DNA of 29,633 nt from a virus (lineage: Duplodnaviria; Caudoviricetes). The stretch is from positions 1 to 29,633 of IMG/VR virus record IMGVR_UViG_3300047669_000652. One strand, 5' to 3'. Made by a program: the position numbers and the translations under genes. Positions 1 through 7,697 of the stretch are shown one piece after another. The notes beneath the pieces were generated by a model. It worked only from the letters and a program-made list of their open reading frames with translations. It was not told the DNA's origin and ran no database searches. The stretch's first letter is position 1. Each line of letters begins with the position of its first letter.

Positions 1-98
1 TTAGTTCTAAGTATATGGAAAGAGGTCCCTGGACTAAGACTGAAACACCAGATGTATTTGAGTCTCGAATCGCAAGGGTAACTCTTATATTTGATTAG
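1..98 (+). CDS. 3' end of an upstream gene (truncated by window edge), unknown function
   Basis: Open frame from position 3: SSKYMERGPWTKTETPDVFESRIARVTLIFD then TAG at 96-98; next ORF starts 9 nt later. Confidence 0.55.
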   Translation, partial: SSKYMERGPWTKTETPDVFESRIARVTLIFD

Positions 99-107
99 AA
101 GAAGAAT

Positions 108-512
108 ATGAATATAGATAAAAAAACTTATGAACTGTTGCTCTTAAGATATAATGAGATGCACTCTGCTATATTAAAACCTTGTGCTGAGAAAGAAAAG
201 TTCGCAACACTAATTAAAGAGGTAGAACAGCACTTAGAAAATGCAGGCAAAACTATTGTATACTCTGGTGGTTTATCAGTGTTAGAATATGCAACAAAGT
301 TAGCGAAAGAGGCAAACGAAAGAACTAATACAGTGCCAGAGAAATCATGGTCGAAAATGAATGAAGAAGAATTAAAAAGTCCTATAGCACCTGACCCAGA
401 TATTGAATATACTTCAGATGAATGGTGTTCTTGTGGACATAGAAAACTAGATTGCGACTGTAAAGCAGGGTGCAAATGTGAGTGTAATAAGAGATTTTTG
501 GGTGCTTATTAA
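108..512 (+). CDS. hypothetical protein with C-terminal Cys-rich (metallothionein-like) motif
   Basis: 134-aa ORF ending in CSCGHRKLDCDCKAGCKCECN. Confidence 0.75.
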   Translation: MNIDKKTYELLLLRYNEMHSAILKPCAEKEKFATLIKEVEQHLENAGKTIVYSGGLSVLEYATKLAKEANERTNTVPEKSWSKMNEEELKSPIAPDPDIEYTSDEWCSCGHRKLDCDCKAGCKCECNKRFLGAY

Positions 513-538
513 CTTACGACTTAATTTTTAATAAAATA

Positions 539-546
539 GATAAATA
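539..546 (+). promoter_or_regulatory. T4-like late promoter (GATAAATA)
   Basis: One base from T4 gp55 consensus TATAAATA; intergenic, upstream of tail tube gene; recurs before other structural genes. Confidence 0.75.
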
Positions 547-594
547 CTAGTGTTAAAACCATAGTTCATAATACTATTATAGGAGATAAAGAAA

Positions 595-1188
595 ATGGCA
601 AGAACATTAAACAATTTTGGTGTACCTACAGATTCTGGTTCCGCTGTCGGCACTGGTATCTTACAACCAAAACTTAACTATAGATTTCGTGTAGTAGTTG
701 CTGGTTTTGGTGGTATAGGAACATCATCACAAGAATTTACAAGACAGGTTATGAATGTATCCCGTCCTAAGGTATCACATGAGTCAATTCCATTAGATTC
801 ATACAACTCACGTATGTATGTCATGGGTAAGCACACATGGGAACCAATTACAATTACATTGCGTGATGATATCGCAAACAATCTAACTAAACTAGTTGGT
901 CATCAAGTACAATCACAGTTAGACCATAGAAATCAAAGAGGTCCTTCAGCAGGTACTAATTATAAGTTTTCAACATTGATTGAAATCTTAGATGGTAACT
1001 CTGGTGATGCAACTGAAACGTGGCAATTAGAGGGCTGTTTCATTACGAATGCAGATTACTCACAGACAGACTACGCAGTTTCAGACCCAGTTACAATTAC
1101 GATAACGCTTCAGTATGATAATGCGATGTTGAATGATGACTTAATGCCAGACCAGGTATTTACTTCTGACTCTTCTTCTGCGGGTTAA
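595..1188 (+). CDS. gp19: tail tube protein (T4 gp19-like)
   Basis: AGGAG RBS; QPKLNYRFRV, GKHTWEPITITLRDD, TWQLEGCF, ITITLQYDNA are typical contractile tail-tube motifs. Confidence 0.85.
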   Translation: MARTLNNFGVPTDSGSAVGTGILQPKLNYRFRVVVAGFGGIGTSSQEFTRQVMNVSRPKVSHESIPLDSYNSRMYVMGKHTWEPITITLRDDIANNLTKLVGHQVQSQLDHRNQRGPSAGTNYKFSTLIEILDGNSGDATETWQLEGCFITNADYSQTDYAVSDPVTITITLQYDNAMLNDDLMPDQVFTSDSSSAG

Positions 1189-1212
1189 TAACTTAATCAG
1201 AAGGAGGCTGTA

Positions 1213-2847
1213 ATGGCAACACCTCAAAGGCCTGCTCATAAGAATCGTATTCTGTATGATAGTGCAAATGCAAAATGGAGATTTGGTTATGAACCAAGCC
1301 ATGGATATAAATTAGGCGATAACGCTCCAAAAAATTCTGACTTATGGTTTTTGGAATATACAACAGTTACTAATGATGCTAAGAACGACCTTTCAAATGT
1401 TTCTGTACTAGCAAAGTCAGTTTCCCCTATCTCAATACAAACATCTAGTATGCCCGTTGACCAATATGGTAAACGGGTGTATATACCTACTCGTGTCGAT
1501 TTTCCAGAAGTAGCACTCACAATGTATGATGATATTAGTGGCAAAATGTTTGATTTTGTTGAACACATATACTCTAAGTTTTTTATGAACAATGATGCAG
1601 GCGCACAGATATCTGGCGCAAATGCTGAATCTGTGTTAACAGAAGTTGGAAGACATGGTAGAAAGATACCAGATGGCAAGCATAATTATTATCATCAACA
1701 CTTTGAAAAGATTACAATATATCATTTCTTTGGTAACCTTGAACAAACAGTAGATAGTGATTTTGTAATGATTGCCGGAAAGAGATTTCCTACCTCACAT
1801 AACAAAGGCCAAGGAACACTTCAAAAAATTGAATTAATCAATCCATTAGTCACTTCTATACAATTTTCTGGTAGTGATTACAGTACTACTGAGTTGAGAA
1901 CTGTAGATTTGTCACTTCAACCAGAAAATATAATTATGGGCAAACCAGACGAAGTTCATTTCCCAGCATGGATGACATGGGGAATGTCGTATATGATGGA
2001 CACATTGGCGCCCCTAGATAATAAAAGACGATTTGAAACATATCCAGCAACGGGCGATCCAGAGCAATATTTATTTGATAATAATTTATCGCCAGAAGAC
2101 CTTAAAAAACAACAAGCAAGAAAAGAAGAACAAGATTCTAAAGATACTCAAAGAAAACTTCAAGAGTTATCGAAATTATACAATGCTGGTCTTAAAACTG
2201 TAGGTGACATGGATGAGTTTTATATGTTTCAAAGTGAAGAAGGCAATGAGGCAATGAGAACGGCTCTAGCAAACCGCATTGGTGTTATAAATGCCGCACA
2301 GGCAAACAAGTGGACTAAACAACCTCAGAAAACTTTTGTAGATGATTTTAATAAAAGAGGCGAATCCACTTTTGAATCAACATATTTAAACCCAGACGTT
2401 CCTTCATTTGGTGAAATAGGTTCTAGTAACCCACCTATAAATAAATATACACCGTATGAGGCTAGTATTGATGATTCTATGGTACAAGAACTTGTTGGGG
2501 CTGCTTTTGGTAGACGTGATTTTAACCTCAACAATATAGTTGGTAACGCAATTACAGGTAATCTCAAAGATACAATGAGAGGCATTGCCAATAATGCTCT
2601 TGCCAATAATGCTCTTTTTTCAACGGCAAACTCTGCTATCAACTCAATAGCAAATGGTCTAAAAATAGATGGCTCATCTTTAACAGAGAGTCCTACGAGA
2701 CCAATAAAGCGACCACTAATGACTGGAACTACAGAAAAAGCATTTAGGGATTTTCCATTAGAAGAAAATGTAAACTTAATTAATACTGGAAATCATAGTG
2801 GTATTAGTAAAGTAATTAAGACCTGGAATGGGAGTGGACCAGAATGA
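1213..2847 (+). CDS. baseplate/tail-tube junction protein (gp48/gp54-like tube-fold N-terminus) with long C-terminal extension
   Basis: AAGGAGG RBS; N-terminal half has tube-fold pattern (LAKSVSP...DQYGKR...FPEVALTMYDD...LINPLVTSI...DYS); follows tail tube gene. Confidence 0.6.
   Translation: MATPQRPAHKNRILYDSANAKWRFGYEPSHGYKLGDNAPKNSDLWFLEYTTVTNDAKNDLSNVSVLAKSVSPISIQTSSMPVDQYGKRVYIPTRVDFPEVALTMYDDISGKMFDFVEHIYSKFFMNNDAGAQISGANAESVLTEVGRHGRKIPDGKHNYYHQHFEKITIYHFFGNLEQTVDSDFVMIAGKRFPTSHNKGQGTLQKIELINPLVTSIQFSGSDYSTTELRTVDLSLQPENIIMGKPDEVHFPAWMTWGMSYMMDTLAPLDNKRRFETYPATGDPEQYLFDNNLSPEDLKKQQARKEEQDSKDTQRKLQELSKLYNAGLKTVGDMDEFYMFQSEEGNEAMRTALANRIGVINAAQANKWTKQPQKTFVDDFNKRGESTFESTYLNPDVPSFGEIGSSNPPINKYTPYEASIDDSMVQELVGAAFGRRDFNLNNIVGNAITGNLKDTMRGIANNALANNALFSTANSAINSIANGLKIDGSSLTESPTRPIKRPLMTGTTEKAFRDFPLEENVNLINTGNHSGISKVIKTWNGSGPE
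2585..2616 (+). repeat. in-frame 15-bp tandem duplication (TTGCCAATAATGCTC x2; ANNAL ANNAL)
   Basis: Seen directly in sequence. Confidence 0.85.
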
Positions 2848-3107
2848 AACTAGATATATTAACTGCAAAAATGTTGAAAAAGGGCTTCTCACAAGAAAAA
2901 GCAGAAGCATATGCTGTTGAAATTACAAATATAGCAAAGATATATGGAGTCAATCCGTATGACTTTATTAATGAACTTTCAGCAGAATCAGACTTCAACG
3001 AATTGGGCGCATTCGTCTTTAATAATGCATTGCGATTTGGTTATAAGACGGGCAAGATGGCTCAACGAAAACCAAACACTTATATCGCAAGGGCAATTAT
3101 TAAATAA
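2844..3107 (+). CDS. hypothetical protein (morphogenesis operon)
   Basis: 87 aa; ATGA overlap with upstream stop and TAATG overlap with downstream start; GGGAG RBS. Confidence 0.8.
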   Translation: MKLDILTAKMLKKGFSQEKAEAYAVEITNIAKIYGVNPYDFINELSAESDFNELGAFVFNNALRFGYKTGKMAQRKPNTYIARAIIK

Positions 3108-3580
3108 TGGCTAAATTCCATCAAGGCAAATACACAGTAATAAACGAAGAAAAATACTCAGGAAACGGAACGCCCGTTTTTAGAAGCAGTTGGGAGCAGA
3201 CTTTTATGCAGTTCTGTGACAACAATCCAAACGTTATGGCATGGGCAAGTGAACCAGTCAGAGTTACTTACAAACATCCTTTAACTGGCAAATTAACAAC
3301 ATATGTTCCTGATTTCGTTGTTGTGTATAGAGATTCCAATGGTAAGAAAAACGCAGAATTAATCGAAATCAAACCAGCAAATCAATCAAATCCAAAATTC
3401 GCACGTGGCAGGGCACAACAGTCACAAGTAGCAATAAATTATGCTAAGTGGGAAGCCGCTACACAATGGGCTAAAAAAAGAGGTATGAAGTTTAGAGTTC
3501 TTAATGAAGGCGATATTTATGCTAACACTAAGAAACCTAAAGCAGTTAAAAAACCTAAGAAGCCAATCAAACCAAGATAA
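3107..3580 (+). CDS. gp4: head completion nuclease (T4 gp4-like, TnsA-type PD-(D/E)xK)
   Basis: FRSSWE..FM.FCD.NP.V..WASE, YVPDF, LIEIKP, NYAKWEAA motifs. Confidence 0.85.
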   Translation: MAKFHQGKYTVINEEKYSGNGTPVFRSSWEQTFMQFCDNNPNVMAWASEPVRVTYKHPLTGKLTTYVPDFVVVYRDSNGKKNAELIEIKPANQSNPKFARGRAQQSQVAINYAKWEAATQWAKKRGMKFRVLNEGDIYANTKKPKAVKKPKKPIKPR

Positions 3581-3582
3581 CA

Positions 3583-3690
3583 CACCTTAGGACCGATATA
3601 AGTTTCGGCTTTGCTGTTACATATGTCTTATAGGTGAGGATGCCGTTATCCTTTATTCATATCGCTACTATGACTACAAAAAACGGCAAC
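3583..3690. ncRNA. candidate structured RNA (several stems, possible pseudoknot); family unassigned, strand uncertain
   Basis: Pairings 3583-3593/3625-3636, 3593-3596/3605-3608, 3637-3641/3648-3652, 3657-3661/3669-3673 and 3641-3647/3682-3688 in a non-coding gap that is GC-richer than its flanks. Confidence 0.55.
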
Positions 3691-3699
3691 TTTATTTTT

Positions 3700-3707
3700 G
3701 ATAAATA
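3700..3707 (+). promoter_or_regulatory. late promoter GATAAATA
   Basis: Consensus copy upstream of putative TerS. Confidence 0.7.
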
Positions 3708-3735
3708 CGTATATAATTAATTAAGAGTGTATATT

Positions 3736-4254
3736 ATGACAAAGAAACTAGAAGAAACTTTTAATATTGGACCAACAGAAGAAGAACCTGTTGAGACAAT
3801 TGAAGAGGAAACACCCTCAATAGAAGAATCGAAAGAACTAACAGAAATTCTATACTCAGAGTTGAAGACTACTGAGAAGATTGATAGTGCATTACCACTA
3901 GTATCAGACCTTAATCAACATGACAAAGAAATGGACGATATTCATAAAATGGCATTAGATGCGTTTAACGATTTGGTTCAATTAGGAATGAACGTAGAAG
4001 TACATGCTGGTGCTAAATTACTAGAAACAGCAAACCAGATGCTAAAAACAGCCATGGAAGCAAAAGATAGTAAGGTAGATAGAAAATTAAAGATGATTAA
4101 TCTTCAACTTCAAAAAGCGAAGTTGGACCATAGTGTCCAGAAGTCACTACCAGAGGGTACAGAACTAGAAAGTGACGGAGCAATAACAATTGACCGTAAT
4201 GAACTGCTAAAACGCATAGACAATGCCCAAAAAGATATAAAAAATGATAAATAA
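3736..4254 (+). CDS. putative terminase small subunit (gp16-like)
   Basis: Acidic N-terminus, helical coiled-coil core (ALDAFNDLVQLGMNVE...MLKTAMEAK..K..RKLKMINLQL) and C-terminal strand-helix (ITIDRNELLKRI) like the gp16 layout; near TerL. ATG 3736 chosen over GTG 3727. Confidence 0.5.
   Translation: MTKKLEETFNIGPTEEEPVETIEEETPSIEESKELTEILYSELKTTEKIDSALPLVSDLNQHDKEMDDIHKMALDAFNDLVQLGMNVEVHAGAKLLETANQMLKTAMEAKDSKVDRKLKMINLQLQKAKLDHSVQKSLPEGTELESDGAITIDRNELLKRIDNAQKDIKNDK
4246..4253 (+). promoter_or_regulatory. late promoter GATAAATA overlapping upstream stop codon
   Basis: Consensus copy ahead of the 4295 ORF. Confidence 0.65.
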
Positions 4255-4294
4255 GAATAGAACAATTATACTTTAAAACATTATTGGAAGAGTT

Positions 4295-4867
4295 ATGAAA
4301 ACATTTAAACAATATTTAACAGAGTCAACAAAAGAACATAAGTTTACCCTTAGATTTTGTTGTGACTTAGACGAAACAGAAGAAAATCGCATTGAGGCAT
4401 TCTTGTCAAAATATGACCTTAAGTCTATGTCTAAGACATCTACGACTCCAATCACTAAGAACCCAATGTTTTTTAAAGAAATAACAAATGCAAAAGTTTC
4501 AAAAATTGACATAGTTACAGGATATCCATTATCAGCAGACATTCTACAACAACAATTGAGTGATTTACTTAGTGTATATCTTACTCATGTCGTGGTTCAT
4601 CCAGAAGGATGGGAACCTGAAGAAGAAGTTGTAGATGAAGATAAAGAGGCACTATTAGCATCAGATTATGACGAAACGTCAGATGATGGTAAGACTTATG
4701 GCAAAACTTTCGTAGATAAATTCTTAAATGATTTAGAGAAAAAAGAGCATGACGTAGTAGAAAATGAACTTAGCGTTACGCCAAAATCTGACAAAGCACA
4801 AGAACAAATGGACAAAGAAGAAAAATCTACTCCATCTGTAATCTCAGGAGATGAAAATGGAAAATAA
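4295..4867 (+). CDS. putative internal head protein
   Basis: N-terminus MKTFKQYLTE resembles the T4 internal-protein capsid-targeting sequence (MKTYQEFIAE); acidic C-terminus; late promoter. Confidence 0.6.
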   Translation: MKTFKQYLTESTKEHKFTLRFCCDLDETEENRIEAFLSKYDLKSMSKTSTTPITKNPMFFKEITNAKVSKIDIVTGYPLSADILQQQLSDLLSVYLTHVVVHPEGWEPEEEVVDEDKEALLASDYDETSDDGKTYGKTFVDKFLNDLEKKEHDVVENELSVTPKSDKAQEQMDKEEKSTPSVISGDENGK

Positions 4868-5576
4868 TAAACAGTACAACTTGACGCAAACTGAAGATAA
4901 TGGTCAGTCAGTAACGACTACTACTACAACTACAGAACATGCTGATGAAATTTTACGTATGATGAAGTTAGCAGGTCTTGAAACTGCTCACGTTCATGGA
5001 CATGATGAATCAATTGAAGAAGAAGTAGAAGCAGAGGTTTATGAGCCTACTGAAGCAAATGACAAATTAGACTTAGATGACTATTCTAAAAAGTCACCTG
5101 AAAGCATCTCAAAGCAAAAGAAATCAATTCAACCAACTCTTGGTGATAATCCATTAGAGTATTCATTAGATGAAAATGAAATTTATGAAGCGATGATGAC
5201 AGAATTTAATGCAATGCAAGAAGAAGTTAACGAAGAAGAAGTTAACGAAGCACAAAGTCCAGCACAGAAGGCAGCATTTGCGAAAATGTTAGCCGCTAAG
5301 AATCCTAAAAAAGATGAAGCAGTTGAAGAAAAAGAAGAAACTACTGAAGAAAAAGTAGAAGAAACTACTGTTGAAGAAAATCTTGAAAAAGCACAAGAAG
5401 AAATTGACGAATTAAAAGAAGAAACTATATCTGAAGATTGTGGCTGTGGTCATGGTTCAGATTGCGATTGTGGTCCAGAATGTGATTGCGGTTGTAACTC
5501 AGTCAATGAAGAAGTAACAATACAAGATGCAGTTAACGAATCACAAGAAAGACTTAGAAATTTAATTAACTGGTAA
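4857..5576 (+). CDS. very acidic putative prohead core/scaffold-associated protein with Cys-rich motif
   Basis: AGGAG RBS 6 nt before ATG 4857; Glu-rich with several V-N-E/I-S-E protease-type sites; CGCGHGSDCDCGPECDCGCN. Confidence 0.65.
   Translation: MENNKQYNLTQTEDNGQSVTTTTTTTEHADEILRMMKLAGLETAHVHGHDESIEEEVEAEVYEPTEANDKLDLDDYSKKSPESISKQKKSIQPTLGDNPLEYSLDENEIYEAMMTEFNAMQEEVNEEEVNEAQSPAQKAAFAKMLAAKNPKKDEAVEEKEETTEEKVEETTVEENLEKAQEEIDELKEETISEDCGCGHGSDCDCGPECDCGCNSVNEEVTIQDAVNESQERLRNLINW
5218..5250 (+). repeat. in-frame 15-bp tandem repeat (AAGAAGAAGTTAACG x2; EEVNE EEVNE)
   Basis: Seen directly in sequence. Confidence 0.8.
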
Positions 5577-5595
5577 AAACATCAATTCAAACAAT

Positions 5596-5622
5596 AAAAA
5601 GTCTCCTAGTGAGACTTTTTTT
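5596..5622 (+). terminator. intrinsic terminator (possibly bidirectional)
   Basis: AAAAAGTCTC-CTAGT-GAGACTTTTTTT. Confidence 0.8.
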
Positions 5623-5635
5623 GTGGGCGCCCAAT

Positions 5636-5663
5636 AAAAAACCCGACATAAAGCCGGGCTTTC
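5636..5663 (-). terminator. intrinsic terminator for the minus-strand gene
   Basis: Minus strand GCCCGGC-TTTAT-GTCGGGT followed by a T run, just after the stop at 5683. Confidence 0.75.
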
Positions 5664-5682
5664 TAATTTATTAGATTATGAT

Positions 5683-5976
5683 TTAGTAACCATATGCTTC
5701 ATCATTATAACCTAGTCCTGAAGACGCGGTTGTAGTAATTGAACCAAAATCCTGTGTGTCAACTCTAACACCTGTAATTACACCCATACTAGTGTGACCA
5801 CGAGTTCTGCCTGTTGAACCACCAGTTGCTGAACTATGTCCTGCACCTGAAGTTGGTAAATCATCACCGCTTGAAGTAATCGAACCAAAATCAGACATTT
5901 CTCTTAAATCAATTGAACGTCTAACCTTAATACGAGCCATCCCTGCGATTGCTCTAAGACCTCTGTATCTTGCCAT
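5683..5976 (-). CDS. small late protein: Arg-rich N-terminus, G/S/T-rich body, two DFGSIT repeats
   Basis: GGGAGA RBS before ATG 5976 (MARYRGLRAIAG...); own late promoter and terminator. Confidence 0.8.
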   Translation of the reverse strand: MARYRGLRAIAGMARIKVRRSIDLREMSDFGSITSSGDDLPTSGAGHSSATGGSTGRTRGHTSMGVITGVRVDTQDFGSITTTASSGLGYNDEAYGY

Positions 5977-6029
5977 TTTATTTCTCCCATAAAGTTGATG
6001 TCGAGGTGGGAATCCCCAATCATCAATAG

Positions 6030-6037
6030 TATTTATC
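6030..6037 (-). promoter_or_regulatory. late promoter GATAAATA (minus strand)
   Basis: TATTTATC on + strand, upstream of the 5976 start; divergent from the terL promoter. Confidence 0.7.
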
Positions 6038-6064
6038 ATTCTTGGCGGTATCATTATAATCAAA

Positions 6065-6072
6065 GATAAATA
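6065..6072 (+). promoter_or_regulatory. late promoter GATAAATA for terL
   Basis: Consensus copy 33 nt before the ATG. Confidence 0.7.
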
Positions 6073-6105
6073 CTTATAGATAATTAAGTGAGTATATAAT
6101 AATAG

Positions 6106-7665
6106 ATGGCAGATTTAACAAAAAAACCATATCAAAAAACCCAATTTAGTAACACACAGTTGCTAGAATTTAGTAAGTGTATGAATGACCCTTTCTATTT
6201 TTTGAATAAGTATTTCTGGATTCAGCATCCTACTAAAGGGCAAATATTGTACCATGCATATGATTACCAACAAGAATTAGCAAATTCTTATCATAATTTT
6301 AGATTTTCTATATCTATGTTAGGTAGACAGATGGGTAAGTCAACTACTGCTGGCGGGTATTTATTGTGGTATGCAATGTTTAATGCAGACCAAACAGTTC
6401 TGATTGCGGCGCACAAATATTCTGGTGCCCAAGAAATTATGCACAGAATTAGATATGCATATGAGATGTGTCCAGATTTTATTCGTGCTGGTGTAACAAA
6501 CTACAACAAAGGTAGTATTGAATTTGATAATGGCTCTCGTATCATTGCTCAAGCAACGACAGAAAATACTGGTCGTGGTCTTTCAATCTCATTACTCTAT
6601 GCAGATGAGTTTGCGTTTGTTAGACCTACGATAGCAAAAGAATTCTGGACTTCTATCTCACCAACACTAGCCACAGGTGGTAAAGCAATCATTACATCAA
6701 CTCCTAACTTAGATGATGACCAGTTTGCGACTATATGGTCAGGTGCTAATAAGAGATTAGATGATTATGGAAATGAAACAGAAGTTGGTATTAATGGTTT
6801 CAGACCATACAAAGCATTATGGCATCAACATCCAGACAGAGATAAACAGTGGTCAGTTGAAGAAGAAGCACGTGTTGGTAAAGAACGTTTTTTAAGAGAA
6901 CACGAGTGTCAGTTTATTGCATATGATGAAACATTAGTTAACAGTCTGAAGTTATCGGGAATTAAAGGAAGAGAACCGATACTAAGAACAGGACAAGTTA
7001 GATGGTATGAAAACATTAATAAAGATTCCTCATATGTTATAGGATTAGACCCGTCAATGGGAACTGGAGGAGATAACGCCGCTATTCAAGTATGGGCATT
7101 ACCAGAACTAATACAAGTTGCAGAATGGCAAAATAATAGAACTGATGTACGTGGTCAGGTAGTTACAATGCATACTATTCTTACTATTATTAAAGATGAA
7201 ATGGTTGAACTTGGTAATAGTAATCCCGATATATACTGGTCAGTAGAGAACAATTCACTAGGAGAAGCCGCTCTGATAGTCATTGAAGAAATGGAAGAAG
7301 ATAGATTTCCTGGGACATTCCTACATGAACCTAAAAAGAAAGGCAGACAACGTGTCTCCAGAAAAGGATTTACTACTACATACAAGACAAAGATTACTGC
7401 TTGTATGAAGATGAAATCATGGATTGAGAGTGATAAGATGGTTCCTACAAGTAAAAACTTCATAAGAGAACTGAAAACTTTCATAGCAAAAGGAAAAAGT
7501 TATGAAGCAAAAACAGGTGAGACAGATGACTTAGTGTCAGCAACATTGTTATGTGTTCGTCAAATACAGTTTATATCTAGGTTTGAAGAAGGATATGAAG
7601 TAATGCTCGGTGAGAGCCTGGATGGTGATGTTGAATACAATGAACCACTTCCTATCATTTTTTGA
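6106..7665 (+). CDS. gp17: terminase large subunit (T4 gp17-like)
   Basis: Walker A GRQMGKST, Walker B LLYADEFAF, coupling motif ITSTPN, nuclease IGLDPSMG...DDLV. Confidence 0.95.
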   Translation: MADLTKKPYQKTQFSNTQLLEFSKCMNDPFYFLNKYFWIQHPTKGQILYHAYDYQQELANSYHNFRFSISMLGRQMGKSTTAGGYLLWYAMFNADQTVLIAAHKYSGAQEIMHRIRYAYEMCPDFIRAGVTNYNKGSIEFDNGSRIIAQATTENTGRGLSISLLYADEFAFVRPTIAKEFWTSISPTLATGGKAIITSTPNLDDDQFATIWSGANKRLDDYGNETEVGINGFRPYKALWHQHPDRDKQWSVEEEARVGKERFLREHECQFIAYDETLVNSLKLSGIKGREPILRTGQVRWYENINKDSSYVIGLDPSMGTGGDNAAIQVWALPELIQVAEWQNNRTDVRGQVVTMHTILTIIKDEMVELGNSNPDIYWSVENNSLGEAALIVIEEMEEDRFPGTFLHEPKKKGRQRVSRKGFTTTYKTKITACMKMKSWIESDKMVPTSKNFIRELKTFIAKGKSYEAKTGETDDLVSATLLCVRQIQFISRFEEGYEVMLGESLDGDVEYNEPLPIIF

Positions 7666-7671
7666 TAAATA
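7664..7671 (+). promoter_or_regulatory. late promoter GATAAATA overlapping terL stop
   Basis: Consensus copy ahead of the 7698 ORF. Confidence 0.65.
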
Positions 7672-7697
7672 CATGAAACAAGTACGGAAAACTAATT

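Noticed and set aside
3107-3580. TnsA-like nuclease as evidence of a Tn7 transposon
   Set aside because: No TnsB/C or transposon ends; motifs and context fit the T4 gp4 head-completion family
3583-3690. Hammerhead ribozyme or c-di-GMP-I riboswitch as the identity of the structured element
   Set aside because: No CUGANGA core on either strand; the minus strand has GCAAAGC and CCUAAG pieces but not the c-di-GMP-I order or stems
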